Shown: positions 20,093-30,672, counted from the stretch's first letter. The stretch is DNA of 64,000 nt from an uncultured Phycisphaerales bacterium (GCA_963718665.1 OY970359.1:352001-416000); one strand, 5' to 3'. Notes: generated by a model from the letters alone, not told the origin. Program-made: numbers and translations.

Positions 20093-21382
20093 ATGAAAAA
20101 ATTAACAATTATATTATTAGTAATGTTGTGTCCAAAAATACTGCTTGGTGCGGGGATAACCATCATCTCAACACTGCTTGTCTCGCCCCTTCCAGAGAAT
20201 AGGTTTTGGGTGGAAAACAGCAATATGAAATGGGTATATGGCTTTGGAACGGGCTATCAGTCCTATTTACAGGATGCTGTTGGCGAGCCGATCGTGGCCA
20301 GAACAATCGCCTTCACAATAAAAGGCCACAACAACGGCGGAGCTTATATGCTGACAAACACTCCACCTTACACCAAAGTTTATGGACAGGATACCTTTGG
20401 CTCCGCGGGATGGCAGAAAACCTCTGGCAAGACGGGGGCTGACGGCTCAATGCTCGCCGGGGCAGGATATGGAAATCCAAACGTGTTTATGAGGGCGTGT
20501 GATTATTCGTCTTCTCCAGTATGCAATCCCCCACTGCCCGGCAACCCAACGCCTTTGGTCACAAGCGGCGGAACCGGATACGACTGTTCTGTGCTTGATA
20601 TAGAAATCGCCTTCAAAAAACTCGGCAAGGTGCTCTCTCAAAGCGCTTATATGTTTGTCGAACTTGTTGACGGCTCAAACATACAATGCCAATGGTGGTA
20701 CTCAGCGGATGCTTCTGTCAATTCAAATTCAACCTCTGCTTCTTCGTCCGCCGCTTCCAATCGCTCCATTGCCGTAAGCAGCACAGCCACGCTGACAGTT
20801 ATACCGACACTGCTCACGCCGCGAGCGTTCGCGGGAGCGGACACAGATAATGTGGTTGACGGGCCGCCGCAAGCGTTCGACATTTCTTCCGTTAATGGCT
20901 GGTGTCAATGGGTGCAGGGCTGCTATGTACAACGACTCTGTCTTATACCGGAATCTTTTGACGGCGATGAAGATAACAAGCCATACCGGACGCTTGACCA
21001 GTGTTCGCCGTATGTTTATGTTGAAACATTGCCCGGAACAGACGATAATCAGTGCATGATAATTTACAGCTTAACGGATTCAAATACTCTAATCGCCAGC
21101 ACGAATGTCACGATGCATAAGCAGGGCAGCAAGTTCGTCTCCGATTACATCGTACCCACCGATGAGCCGAATTATTCCGGCACGATTGTCGGGGAGTCAG
21201 GGCAGACTTACAAGGTGATTTTCGTGGAGGACGGCTGCCATTTGACTATACAGCCATTCACGCAGCCGCCGACCGATGTGGTGAATTTTACGGACTTTTC
21301 GAGGGAAGCGGCGTCTTATGAAACGGTGGACTCCGTGCTCCCTTTTTTCGGAAGGTACTTAAAAAATAAATATACACCGTAA
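20093..21382 (+). CDS. Secreted hypothetical protein
   Basis: GGAGG RBS then MKKLTIILLV signal peptide; Ser-rich linker. Confidence 0.8.
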   Translation: MKKLTIILLVMLCPKILLGAGITIISTLLVSPLPENRFWVENSNMKWVYGFGTGYQSYLQDAVGEPIVARTIAFTIKGHNNGGAYMLTNTPPYTKVYGQDTFGSAGWQKTSGKTGADGSMLAGAGYGNPNVFMRACDYSSSPVCNPPLPGNPTPLVTSGGTGYDCSVLDIEIAFKKLGKVLSQSAYMFVELVDGSNIQCQWWYSADASVNSNSTSASSSAASNRSIAVSSTATLTVIPTLLTPRAFAGADTDNVVDGPPQAFDISSVNGWCQWVQGCYVQRLCLIPESFDGDEDNKPYRTLDQCSPYVYVETLPGTDDNQCMIIYSLTDSNTLIASTNVTMHKQGSKFVSDYIVPTDEPNYSGTIVGESGQTYKVIFVEDGCHLTIQPFTQPPTDVVNFTDFSREAASYETVDSVLPFFGRYLKNKYTP

Positions 21383-21396
21383 GGAGAAATAATTTA

Positions 21397-21889
21397 ATGG
21401 CAATCACGAAACAACATCTTAAAGACAGAAGCAAACACTACGGAGCAACCGATATAGTAACGCTGTTTGGGCTGAATCGCCTGTTTGGCTTGATAAATGG
21501 GGATATAAACACAGAATACGCTGACAATTCGTACCCCTATGTTTTCGTAAAATCCTTGTCCGGCACAACCGATCAGAACATGCTTTTGGTCAGCTACTCG
21601 AAAACAAACGACATAGTTTGCGCAACAAATATCGTCATGCACTACTCTGCGGGATTGTTTTATTCAGATTATTTTGTGGTTTCCTAGGAACCAAACTTGT
21701 TGGCTACATTTTATGATTCCGCAGGAAATATCTATCGCGGCGTATATGTTGAACCGAACGGCATGGTCGATGTATATTTCCGGCAGATTCAATTTACAGG
21801 ATTTCGCCAGAGAATCAGATGGAGTTTCCTGGGCTGGCCAAATGAACGGTTTTTTTGAGATATATTTGCGCAATAAACTCCTCCAGTGA
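21397..21889 (+). pseudogene. Degenerate tandem paralog of the C-terminal domain of 20093-21382
   Basis: PYVFVKSLSGT..SDYFVVS*EPN.. aligns to PYVYVETLPGT..SDYIVPTDEPN; in-frame TAG at 21685 and a frameshift near 21780. Confidence 0.8.
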
Positions 21890-21939
21890 TTCGAGCCAAA
21901 TCCTAAAGTGGCTCTCTAAATATAACAGGGTAGGCCAGC

Positions 21940-22027
21940 GTGGTGCGACTTATACCATGGAGTGAACTGGCCGAATCATTAAGGGATATGTACAAAAACA
22001 ACACCGACAAAGGCGGTGCCTCCAACT
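21940..22027 (+). mobile_element. Possible IS5-family transposase N-terminal remnant
   Basis: LIPWSELAESLRDMYKNNTDKGGASN resembles the IS5 I-x-W...Y...GGRP N-terminal motif; no DDE domain follows. Confidence 0.4.
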
Positions 22028-23071
22028 TTAATAACATTCGGCCGGGCCGAGGACCATTTTGTAAAGGCCTTTGTCAAAAAAGAATTGGCGAATACTTGTG
22101 CAAAGATGACACTTGCCCGCATACAACTTCGATTGCGTGTAACCGGCTTTGACTGCCTCGTCTAATAATCCCACCGGGCCTGAATTGAACAGCGTTTCAA
22201 TCAATTTATCGTTACTCGGCTGCCAGTTTTGCCAGATTTCAGCTAAAGGCCGTTTAGCGATATTTCCAACAATTATCCCGCTGCAGGTCCCGCTAAAAAT
22301 ATTGCCATAGGGGTCAATATGTACGCCTTTGGCGTCGAGAAATGCGTTCGAGCAATTTCGCGTTGCAATTTGTTCAACTGTCTGTGATGCGACTAATTCA
22401 GCAATTTTGCCAGCCGCCCTGCCTGTAAACCGGCAGGGGTAATCTTTCAATGCTTCAACATAGCCTTTGTTCCGCTCATCTGCTGTAATATTCTTCATCT
22501 CAACCGGCTTATCAAGATACTTTTCCCACCGAACCAGAACACGGTCCTGCCCAAGTAACTCCTTCGCTACGCTCGCCAGTCGTTTTACCAGCTCGATATC
22601 GACGTATTCCTGATGAAACGGGTCGCAACTGATTTTGAGCCGACGCACACCGAATTCATCGAGTGTTCTTACTCGCTCTTTGACAATCTTTTCATCAACT
22701 GCCCAAAAGCCGTTTGTTTCAATCATATCAACAGGACCAAGGTTGTTCTTTTTAGCTTCCCGCAGAATCTCAACTAAGTGTTCCCAGTATAAAAATGGCT
22801 CGCCTCCCGTAATATGAATTTTAGCGTTATCTCCCGCTAATTCTTTCAGCGATTGCCAGGCATTTATCGCCATATCGACCGGCATCAAGCCCCCGTTCTT
22901 CGCTGCGCTACGAAGGGCAGGCCCCTGCCGCGGCGAGCAGTTATAATAACAGAATTCGCATTTAGCGTTACATTGATACGTCAGCAGAAGGCCAGCGTTA
23001 CGCCAAATTTTGAACTTCGGCTCATCCCGCCCCGCCTGCTTATTATAATTGTTTCTTGAAAGCAAACTCAT
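22028..23071 (-). CDS. Radical SAM protein with SPASM/twitch domain
   Basis: [32 protein letters not shown]. Confidence 0.9.
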   Translation of the reverse strand: MSLLSRNNYNKQAGRDEPKFKIWRNAGLLLTYQCNAKCEFCYYNCSPRQGPALRSAAKNGGLMPVDMAINAWQSLKELAGDNAKIHITGGEPFLYWEHLVEILREAKKNNLGPVDMIETNGFWAVDEKIVKERVRTLDEFGVRRLKISCDPFHQEYVDIELVKRLASVAKELLGQDRVLVRWEKYLDKPVEMKNITADERNKGYVEALKDYPCRFTGRAAGKIAELVASQTVEQIATRNCSNAFLDAKGVHIDPYGNIFSGTCSGIIVGNIAKRPLAEIWQNWQPSNDKLIETLFNSGPVGLLDEAVKAGYTQSKLYAGKCHLCTSIRQFFFDKGLYKMVLGPAECY

Positions 23072-23080
23072 AACCAGCGA

Positions 23081-24928
23081 TTACCTGATTTCCCGATAAT
23101 ATTTTTTAAGATGAATCTGAATGACAGTAACATCGGCTGGCGTGATGCCGGAGATTCGTCCCGCCTGACCAAGCGTTTGGGGGCGGAACAACGTTAATTT
23201 TTCCTTCGCCTCAGGCCTCAGGTGCGTTACCGCACTATAATCCAAATCCGCCGGAATTTGTTTTTTGTCCCATGCCTGCAAACCGGCGGCAAGACGCTCC
23301 TGTTTGACAAGATACCCCTCGTATTTGGCGTCGATGACAGCCGCATCGATTACTTCTTTGTTAAAGCCAGCGTCTTTAATTTCGGGCATTCCCGCCAGCG
23401 CCGGCGCAAAAGGACTGTTCGGCCTGCGAAGCTGTTCCCACAAGACGATTCCGTCCCGTTTATTTTTCGTAAGATATTCCCTGAGTCGTTCTATATCGCT
23501 TAATTTCTTCTGGAATCTTTCCCATCGCTTGTCATCAACCAGGCCGACCGCCCTGCCAATCTCCGTCAGGCGTCTGTCCGCGTTGTCCGACCGCAAACTT
23601 AATCGATATTCCGCGCGTGAGGTAAACATCCTGTATGGCTCATCCGGGATACCGACACCCTCGATGCCAAGCCCCTTGGTAAGTAAATCATCAATCATCA
23701 CGCCGATATATGCCTGGTCCCTGCCCAGAACAATCGGCTCAGCCCCCTGCAGAAATCTCGCGGCGTTTATTCCTGCGATGATGCCCTGTCCCGCCGCTTC
23801 TTCGTAGCCGCTTGTACCGTTGATTTGTCCCGCAAGGAAAAGCCCCGCAATTTTCTTTGTCTCAAGATTGCTCTTCAACTGCACGGGCGGACAGTAATCA
23901 TACTCAATCGCGTAGCCATAATGCACAATATCGGCGTTCTCACAGCCCGGCAGGTTCCTGATAATCTCATCCTGAACGTCTTTGGGCAGTGACGTGCTGA
24001 CGCCATTACAGTAAATAACCTTTTGCTCCAATTCCTCCGGCTCAAGAAATACCTGGTGACGCTCCCTGTCCGCGAAACGAATAATCTTGGTCTCGATGCT
24101 CGGGCAGTATCGCGGGCCGGTCGATTTTATCTGGCCCGTATAAAGCGGCGCACGGTCGAGATTATCGCGAATTATCTTATGTATCTTTTCATTAGTATAG
24201 GTAATCCAGCAGGGTATTTGCGGCCGGTCGATTCTGTCATTCATAAATGAAAACGGCGCCGGCTCCTTATCGCCCTGCTGGACTTCGAGCTTTTCATAAT
24301 CAATCGTGCCAGCGTCCAGCCGTGGCGGCGTTCCGGTCTTCAGCCGTTTGACAACAAGACCCAGCCGCTCAAGACAGCCCGAAAGGTCATCAGACGCCGG
24401 CTCACCTCGCCTGCCTCCCTCGAAACTCTCCTGCCCTATGTGCATAAGCCCGCGAAGAAATGTCCCCGTCGCCACTATCACCGTTTTTGTATCGCACAAC
24501 CAGCTGTCTTTGCCCCGCACACCGACAACACGACCATTCTCAACAATAATCTCGACAGCCATTTGCTCGATGATGGTGAGGTTGGGCGTTTGTTCAAGTG
24601 AGGAAATCATAAATTGCTGATACCTGTATTTGTCCGCCTGGGCGCGTGGCGACTGCACAGCCGGGCCTTTTGAGCGATTTAGCATCCTGAACTGAATCCC
24701 CGTCGCATCGGTCGCCAGCCCCATAAGCCCGCCAAGCGCGTCAACCTCGCGGACAATCTGACCCTTGGCCAGCCCGCCTATCGCCGGGTTGCAGCTCATC
24801 GCCCCGATTTTATTTTTATCGATAGTGATAAGAGCCGTCTTTGCGCCGATTTTCGCAGCCGCGTGCGCGGCCTCTATACCGGCATGCCCCGCCCCGATTA
24901 CTACACAATCAAAATTATTTGCGCCCAT
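23081..24928 (-). CDS. mnmG: tRNA uridine-5-carboxymethylaminomethyl modification enzyme MnmG (GidA)
   Basis: GAGHAG, MSCNPAIGG, LKTGTPPR, GPRYCPSIE, AGQINGTSGYEEAA. Confidence 0.97.
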   Translation of the reverse strand: MGANNFDCVVIGAGHAGIEAAHAAAKIGAKTALITIDKNKIGAMSCNPAIGGLAKGQIVREVDALGGLMGLATDATGIQFRMLNRSKGPAVQSPRAQADKYRYQQFMISSLEQTPNLTIIEQMAVEIIVENGRVVGVRGKDSWLCDTKTVIVATGTFLRGLMHIGQESFEGGRRGEPASDDLSGCLERLGLVVKRLKTGTPPRLDAGTIDYEKLEVQQGDKEPAPFSFMNDRIDRPQIPCWITYTNEKIHKIIRDNLDRAPLYTGQIKSTGPRYCPSIETKIIRFADRERHQVFLEPEELEQKVIYCNGVSTSLPKDVQDEIIRNLPGCENADIVHYGYAIEYDYCPPVQLKSNLETKKIAGLFLAGQINGTSGYEEAAGQGIIAGINAARFLQGAEPIVLGRDQAYIGVMIDDLLTKGLGIEGVGIPDEPYRMFTSRAEYRLSLRSDNADRRLTEIGRAVGLVDDKRWERFQKKLSDIERLREYLTKNKRDGIVLWEQLRRPNSPFAPALAGMPEIKDAGFNKEVIDAAVIDAKYEGYLVKQERLAAGLQAWDKKQIPADLDYSAVTHLRPEAKEKLTLFRPQTLGQAGRISGITPADVTVIQIHLKKYYREIR

Positions 24929-25313
24929 TTGATTCTGCTAATGCCACAGCGGAGGCGATGGCAAAATTGGCGGTATGGGTAATGCTGACGCTTATCTGCG
25001 TGATGCCGAGTTTGTCGGCGATTTTTTTGACCTCGCCGGACAACTTCACCTGGGGCTGCCCCGTTTCGGTATTAACCACCTCGATATCCGTCCAGGCGAT
25101 TTTGCCCCGCCAGCCCGTCCCAACAAGTTTCAGTACCGCCTCTTTTGCGGCAAACCGGCCGGCTAATTTCTCAATCCCGTTTTTGTTGGAATTAGCGTAT
25201 TTCTGCTCCCCGGCGGTAAAAACCCTGTCCAAAAAACGCTCGCCGTGGCGTTTGACCATATCCTCTATCCGAGGAAAATCAACCAAATCTATGCCATGTG
25301 CGATTATTCCCAT
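24915..25313 (-). CDS. acpS: Holo-[acyl-carrier-protein] synthase
   Basis: GIDLV, AGRFAAKEA, SITH. Confidence 0.95.
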   Translation of the reverse strand: MGIIAHGIDLVDFPRIEDMVKRHGERFLDRVFTAGEQKYANSNKNGIEKLAGRFAAKEAVLKLVGTGWRGKIAWTDIEVVNTETGQPQVKLSGEVKKIADKLGITQISVSITHTANFAIASAVALAESNGRK

Positions 25314-25328
25314 CCGATGATCCAAACA

Positions 25329-26432
25329 CTATTTATTGGCCACTCTGTAAATTTCACGCACGCAAAAATCCACAAATTTTGCCCTGTCTGCCGCCGAGGC
25401 CTGCTCAACAAGTTCATCATTTACCTTATCAATCGCCTGATGCATACGCTCGACTGATATCCGCGCCTTAACCTGGTTCTGAACCTTCTCGAACGGCTCG
25501 ACGCTCTTCGGCTGATATTCAACAAGTTGCATAACAAAAATGTGCCCTTCCACATCGATAGGCCCCGCCGTTTCTCCCGGCTTCATCGTCGCCGCCTTTC
25601 GGGCCAGAACATCATACGGCGCCACAAGCGAATCCGGGGCGGCGTTCACCTCCCCGGCCGTTAAGGCATCGTTCGCCTTTGAATAATCCTTCGCTAATTG
25701 CTCAAAATTCTCGCCCTGCTTGATACGCTTCACAATACCATCGATAAGCTCCATCGCCTGCTCCTGGCGAGGCCTGTTGACGTCGATATCCCGCATCTTC
25801 GCCGGCTCAAGGTCGATAAGACGAAACTGCAATACCCCCGGCGTTCCATACAACTCCTCTTTGCTTGCATTATACGCCGACATCATCTCGCTATACGTAA
25901 TCGGCTGGTCTTTCGGCATCTTCTGGGCCAAGTAACTCTGACTCAATATGTATCGCCTTTTATATTGCTCAAACTTACTCCAGTCCATCCCCATCTGTTT
26001 TAGCGACTGCTCCGCCTTGGCGTAATCCCCGCCGAAATCCATCACGTATTTTCTGACTTCCGCGGTGGTTACCTTATCAAGCTCATCATCAATCTTATCG
26101 CCTGCATCTTTTTTTGCCCTGCTGTAAAGCAGCGCATTAACTATCTTGTCAATAAGCTGATGCTCAATCACCGGCCCCGCGACACTTTTGAATTTCTCAA
26201 AATCGGTCCTCTGCGCCGCCGCCGCCAGCTTTTCAAAAACAGGACTAATAACTTCATCCGATGTGATTGTCTGGTCGCCCACAGCCAGAGCAAAACCGCC
26301 GCTGACTTCAGGAAGCCCGTCGCGTTTGGCAAGCGGCAGCTTTGCCATCTCTTCCGGCGTAAACTGGGGCTTGTCCTCGCAACCTGCCAGAACCAAACCG
26401 GCCGCCAATATCAATAACATCGCTTTGCGCAT
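25329..26432 (-). CDS. SurA/PrsA-like peptidyl-prolyl isomerase lipoprotein
   Basis: Lipobox LAGC; GENFEQLAKDYS parvulin motif. Confidence 0.8.
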   Translation of the reverse strand: MRKAMLLILAAGLVLAGCEDKPQFTPEEMAKLPLAKRDGLPEVSGGFALAVGDQTITSDEVISPVFEKLAAAAQRTDFEKFKSVAGPVIEHQLIDKIVNALLYSRAKKDAGDKIDDELDKVTTAEVRKYVMDFGGDYAKAEQSLKQMGMDWSKFEQYKRRYILSQSYLAQKMPKDQPITYSEMMSAYNASKEELYGTPGVLQFRLIDLEPAKMRDIDVNRPRQEQAMELIDGIVKRIKQGENFEQLAKDYSKANDALTAGEVNAAPDSLVAPYDVLARKAATMKPGETAGPIDVEGHIFVMQLVEYQPKSVEPFEKVQNQVKARISVERMHQAIDKVNDELVEQASAADRAKFVDFCVREIYRVANK

Positions 26433-26471
26433 ATAATAAACATCCAATCCTTTTTAATAACCAGCCCGCTT

Positions 26472-26543
26472 CTGAGCTTGCCCACCCCGGCAATCCGTAG
26501 GCCGGGGAGCTTGCCGAATAGGTCGAACCCGTTACCAACGGGT
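26472..26543. repeat. Composite or nested REP-like palindromes
   Basis: ctgagcttgccc, ccccggc..gccgggg hairpin, gagcttgccgaa, acccgttaccaacgggt. Confidence 0.5.
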
Positions 26544-26641
26544 AGATTCTACGGTAAAACCCCGGCCAAATCCACAAAAAGCTTTACAGACCGATGCCGT
26601 CCTCTGCCGATAAATACTAACGATTGAAAAGGAGACAAGCT

Positions 26642-27100
26642 ATGAAAAAAGCATTTGCGATTGGCGCTATTTTAACCCTTTTTGCGGGCTGCAACACCGA
26701 TATTGTTACCACCGATCAATTAAAGACCGTCAAAAACAAGTGTGTTTACGTTACGCCAATCGAAAGCCGTGACCCCTCTGTCGGTAAGGTTCTCAAAGAC
26801 ATCCTCGAAAAGGAATTTGTCCGCAAAAACATTCGATTGTGTGATGCTGACAATGCCAACGTCATACTCACCGGTTCGGCATTTCTCACAACCCGCACTG
26901 GCGGAACCGGTTGGACTGGCTTGTTTGACTTTTTTAATGAAAAACCCGTCTCAGCTCAGGCAATCGAATCGGTAACCATTACCGCCAAAGATAAATCGGG
27001 CAACATCCTCCTCACTGCCTCATATAACAACTCAGAACTGAAAACTACAAGTAAATTCGCCAAGGACTTCGGCTCAACCCTCGCAGACAAATTGAGATAG
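26642..27100 (+). CDS. Hypothetical lipoprotein
   Basis: AGGAG RBS, MKKAF..FAGC lipobox. Confidence 0.8.
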   Translation: MKKAFAIGAILTLFAGCNTDIVTTDQLKTVKNKCVYVTPIESRDPSVGKVLKDILEKEFVRKNIRLCDADNANVILTGSAFLTTRTGGTGWTGLFDFFNEKPVSAQAIESVTITAKDKSGNILLTASYNNSELKTTSKFAKDFGSTLADKLR

Positions 27101-27113
27101 AGAGGCCAGACCT

Positions 27114-27623
27114 TTATTTTAGGGTTGCGTTCTTTTTTGCGACTTCTTTGGCCTGTGAGGCCTTAAGCCGGGATAATTTACCAGCCAGGTTCTTATCCGA
27201 TAATGCCAAAATCTGGACCGCCAGAACAGCGGCATTCTTCGCCCCTGCTTTGCCGATTGCTACCGTCGCCACCGGAACCCCTCCCGGCATCTGAACCGTG
27301 CTAAGCAAGGCATCCAATCCCGCCAAACCTTCTTTAGCGGCAAGCGGCACGCCGATAACGGGCAGCGTCGTCTGGGCAGCGATTGCTCCTGCCAGATGGG
27401 CCGCCATACCCGCAGCTGCAATTATCACCTTTATGCCTTTTTTAGCAGCCCCTGCGGCAAACTGTGCGGCCGCCTTGGGCGTCCTATGAGCCGAGATTAT
27501 ACGCACAAACGGCTGTATCCCAAAATCCTTTAGCGTATCGATGCAGGTCTGCATTATCGCAAGGTCGCTGTCCGAACCCATTATCACCGCTACCGATGAT
27601 TTGCTGTTCTTATTAGCTGCCAT
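27114..27623 (-). CDS. purE: N5-CAIR mutase
   Basis: MGSDSD, SAHRTP, AGMAAHL, VQMPGGVPVATV. Confidence 0.97.
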   Translation of the reverse strand: MAANKNSKSSVAVIMGSDSDLAIMQTCIDTLKDFGIQPFVRIISAHRTPKAAAQFAAGAAKKGIKVIIAAAGMAAHLAGAIAAQTTLPVIGVPLAAKEGLAGLDALLSTVQMPGGVPVATVAIGKAGAKNAAVLAVQILALSDKNLAGKLSRLKASQAKEVAKKNATLK

Positions 27624-27638
27624 TTATCTTTCTCTCCA

Positions 27639-27708
27639 TTAACTCCGTGAGATATCACAAGCTCTTTTTTACTCCGTGGGACAATAAACAATTTATCTCA
27701 CGGGGTAA
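27639..27708. repeat. REP-like inverted repeat (TTACCCCGTGA type)
   Basis: ttaactccgtgagata, ttactccgtgggac, tatctcacggggtaa. Confidence 0.7.
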
Positions 27709-27768
27709 AAAATTTACCTATACCGCCATTGCCATAATAGTATAATCGTAGCTTGACAGGTGCACAAT

Positions 27769-28644
27769 ATGCAAAAGAGAAAACCCATAGTAGCAGGCCA
27801 ATTTTACCCCGGCCGACCGGACGAGTGCGCTGACGAGATAAAGCAGTGTCTCAAAGAATCGCCTTTGAATATGCCCCTTCCCGATAGTATCGCTGCGGGC
27901 ATTGTCCCTCACGCGGGCTGGACATTCAGCGGCTCAACCGCGGCGATTGTCTTTGCCGCAATAAAAAAGAAACACCCGAAGGTCGATACCTTTGTAATAT
28001 TCGGCGCAGCACATGGCTACATCGGCCATCCCCCTGCCGTTTACGACAAGGGCAGTTGGCTGACACCACTCGGTGAAATCCCCATCGATGAAGCGCTTGC
28101 AGACGCCATAATCGAAAGTGAAACCGCGATAAGCGACCGCAACGCACACGACAGCGAACACAGTATGGAAGTCCAGGTCCCGTTCATTCAATACCTTTTC
28201 CCCAGCGCGAAAATACTGCCTATTCTCACACCGCCGGACAACGATGCGATTCGCTTGGGCGAAATCGTCGGAAGTATCATTGCCAGCGACAACGAGAGAA
28301 AAATCGTCTGCCTCGGCTCAACCGACCTGACTCACTATGGCCCGGGATATGGTTTTGTTCCTATGGGGACAGGCAAAGACGCGTTAAAATGGGCAATGGA
28401 AGTCAACGACAGGCAGTTCATCGACTATTCGCTGAAGATGCAGCCGGATAAGATGCTCGAAAGCGCAAATGAGAATTATAACGCTTGCGGGGCCGGCGCC
28501 GCTGCGGCAACCGTAGCCGCCGCCAAATCCCTCGGCAAGAAAAAAGGCATTCTCCTCGCCCATACCAACAGCAACGAGATAATGCTTCGCAAGATGGGTT
28601 CCTCCAGCCGGGAGTCCGTCGGCTACGCCGCTATCGTCTTCTAA
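27769..28644 (+). CDS. amrB: AmmeMemoRadiSam system protein B (MEMO1 family)
   Basis: VAGQFYP, PHAGWTFSG, EHSMEVQVPF, STDLTHYG, ACG, VGYAA. Confidence 0.92.
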   Translation: MQKRKPIVAGQFYPGRPDECADEIKQCLKESPLNMPLPDSIAAGIVPHAGWTFSGSTAAIVFAAIKKKHPKVDTFVIFGAAHGYIGHPPAVYDKGSWLTPLGEIPIDEALADAIIESETAISDRNAHDSEHSMEVQVPFIQYLFPSAKILPILTPPDNDAIRLGEIVGSIIASDNERKIVCLGSTDLTHYGPGYGFVPMGTGKDALKWAMEVNDRQFIDYSLKMQPDKMLESANENYNACGAGAAAATVAAAKSLGKKKGILLAHTNSNEIMLRKMGSSSRESVGYAAIVF

Positions 28645-28822
28645 ACCGGCAGAAGCACTTTTTTTATCAGTTGGCAGACCAATCAGCCTCAAAACTTTCT
28701 GGAATTGTTTTGACAATTCGGAACATTTATCTAAACTGTTATTAATAGTAGGGATACACAATTGCTGTAAAAAGGAAGGACCTAAATTGTTGTTCCATTG
28801 CATCAAATAAGGAAAGGATAAA

Positions 28823-30460
28823 ATGCAAAAGGCAAGTATTATCGTAAAAACAATGTCAATCATAGTTATGGTGTTGGCTTCTGTCCCATTTGCGACAGCA
28901 GCAAATTTAGCAGATTATTTTCCTCTGGGTTTAGGAAGTTCATGGACATATCAGAATGTTGCAGACCACGACGATATGTACACTATAAGTGTTTTTGAAC
29001 GGTTCCTATTCCACAATAACCCAGCAGTTAAATTTGGAAAAGGCATTGATGATTATGCTATTGGTTATAACAACGGATCTTCTGTAAATATTTACTGGGG
29101 CGCATCTGGTGCTATATCTATTGGAAATTTTACAGACGGGACTTTTTTTAATTTGATGGAACCCACTAATTTTGTACTCTTGCGGATGTACGACAACCTT
29201 AATCCTGCGCTCAAAAGTGTTTACGGCGTTAACGACACCAATCTTGTGCTGTGGGTAACCTACGACAGCAGTTATCCGAAGAATTCACAAAATAGTATCG
29301 TAGAATCAAATCTTGGTGTCTCCATTCCAGACTATGCCGTTACAGGTATTGAATGGTATGCTAACGGTGTAGGTGAAATTGTTAACTTGGATGTCGATGC
29401 AGAAACTGGCAATATCGGGACACGATACGAACTAATCGACTACAATATAGTGTCCGAACCATCTCAATTCGGTACCGTTGGCGGAAAAAATATCAAGCTG
29501 ATACAGAAGGATTGCGATGGTAACAATGTAACATTCAGCCTGACAGGAGGCGGTTATGGTGAAGTAAATAGTACTGACTGTGCTTTCTCCACTATTAATC
29601 TGTTCCATACAACAGTAAACTCGGCGCTGACGATTTCAACAAAAGGCAAAGTCTACACGAGCGCAGGCAGCATAATTTGTAACGGGCCAATTAAAAGTAT
29701 CACGGCCAAAACCACTGAACTGTCAGGCAGTATTACAATTGGCTCTTCTTCGAATCCCGAAGCGGCTGTAACGATTGTTTTTGACCAGGCAAACGACCTT
29801 GCGATAAACAGTCAAATGCCAATACAGTCGATTTCAGCAACAGAATGGCTAGGCGGTTCAATTAACGCCCCCTCGGTCGGCAGTATAACAATCAAGGGTG
29901 ATACAAAGCGAGAAATATCAGGCGACTTATACGACGTCAATTTAATCTTGAGTCAACTGCCGGATGTTAAAATAATGGCCTTAGGCAGCCTAACCGTGAA
30001 TGGCTGGATAGATTCCAGTCAAATAATATCGCAAGGAAACATCGGCACAGTAACCGCCGGTGCAATGATAAATTCGGTCTGCTTTGCGGGCGTTAGTCCC
30101 GCTTATTTAGTGGACGTAAATGCTGCTGATGGCGTTCTCGATTTGCCCCCTGTCTTAGATGATACTTTTAATGAAACGGCAACAATAAATAGTATCGCGA
30201 TTAAAGGTATAAAGAGCGAGAATCCGCTTTACTTCATCAACAGCAATATCGCCGCGAAAAATGTTTCCAGCATGTATATCGCTTATCCAAAGTATGACAA
30301 TGCCGGCGCTCCGTTTGGTATCAGTATGTATAACAACCCCGCCAAAACATTCACAATTAAGGATGCCAACGGAACACATTCATGGAAGGGTAATAATATC
30401 GGCACAGCAGTCGATTGGCTCCTTGGAAACGGTGGTGATATGCAAATCCGCAGAGATTAG
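28823..30460 (+). CDS. Secreted hypothetical protein, beta-rich, AT-richer coding sequence
   Basis: Signal peptide; DYFPLGLGSSWTY and WYANGVG motifs; repeated G-S-I-T beta strands; promoter TTGACA-N16-TAAACT at 28710. Confidence 0.8.
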   Translation: MQKASIIVKTMSIIVMVLASVPFATAANLADYFPLGLGSSWTYQNVADHDDMYTISVFERFLFHNNPAVKFGKGIDDYAIGYNNGSSVNIYWGASGAISIGNFTDGTFFNLMEPTNFVLLRMYDNLNPALKSVYGVNDTNLVLWVTYDSSYPKNSQNSIVESNLGVSIPDYAVTGIEWYANGVGEIVNLDVDAETGNIGTRYELIDYNIVSEPSQFGTVGGKNIKLIQKDCDGNNVTFSLTGGGYGEVNSTDCAFSTINLFHTTVNSALTISTKGKVYTSAGSIICNGPIKSITAKTTELSGSITIGSSSNPEAAVTIVFDQANDLAINSQMPIQSISATEWLGGSINAPSVGSITIKGDTKREISGDLYDVNLILSQLPDVKIMALGSLTVNGWIDSSQIISQGNIGTVTAGAMINSVCFAGVSPAYLVDVNAADGVLDLPPVLDDTFNETATINSIAIKGIKSENPLYFINSNIAAKNVSSMYIAYPKYDNAGAPFGISMYNNPAKTFTIKDANGTHSWKGNNIGTAVDWLLGNGGDMQIRRD

Positions 30461-30492
30461 CCGGGCGGGTAAACATCCGATGAATTAAACCT

Positions 30493-30524
30493 GAGGGGGC
30501 TTTTCCCACAAAACCCCCTCTTTT
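30493..30524 (+). terminator. Rho-independent terminator
   Basis: gaggggg..ccccctc followed by tttt. Confidence 0.65.
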
Positions 30525-30672
30525 AATTTTATTCTGATCTCTCTCAAAACTGCCATGCTGGCAGACAGGATTTGTAAAAGCCGGGTTTTGGCAGTCACAA
30601 TCACAGCGAAGAGCTATCGGCAACCCCTTTCAAGACAAGCACTTGCGGTTAGCATTTCCGCTAAACACTTGC

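Noticed and set aside
21685..21687. Pyrrolysine read-through of the in-frame TAG
   Set aside because: A further frameshift downstream indicates decay; no pyl genes seen
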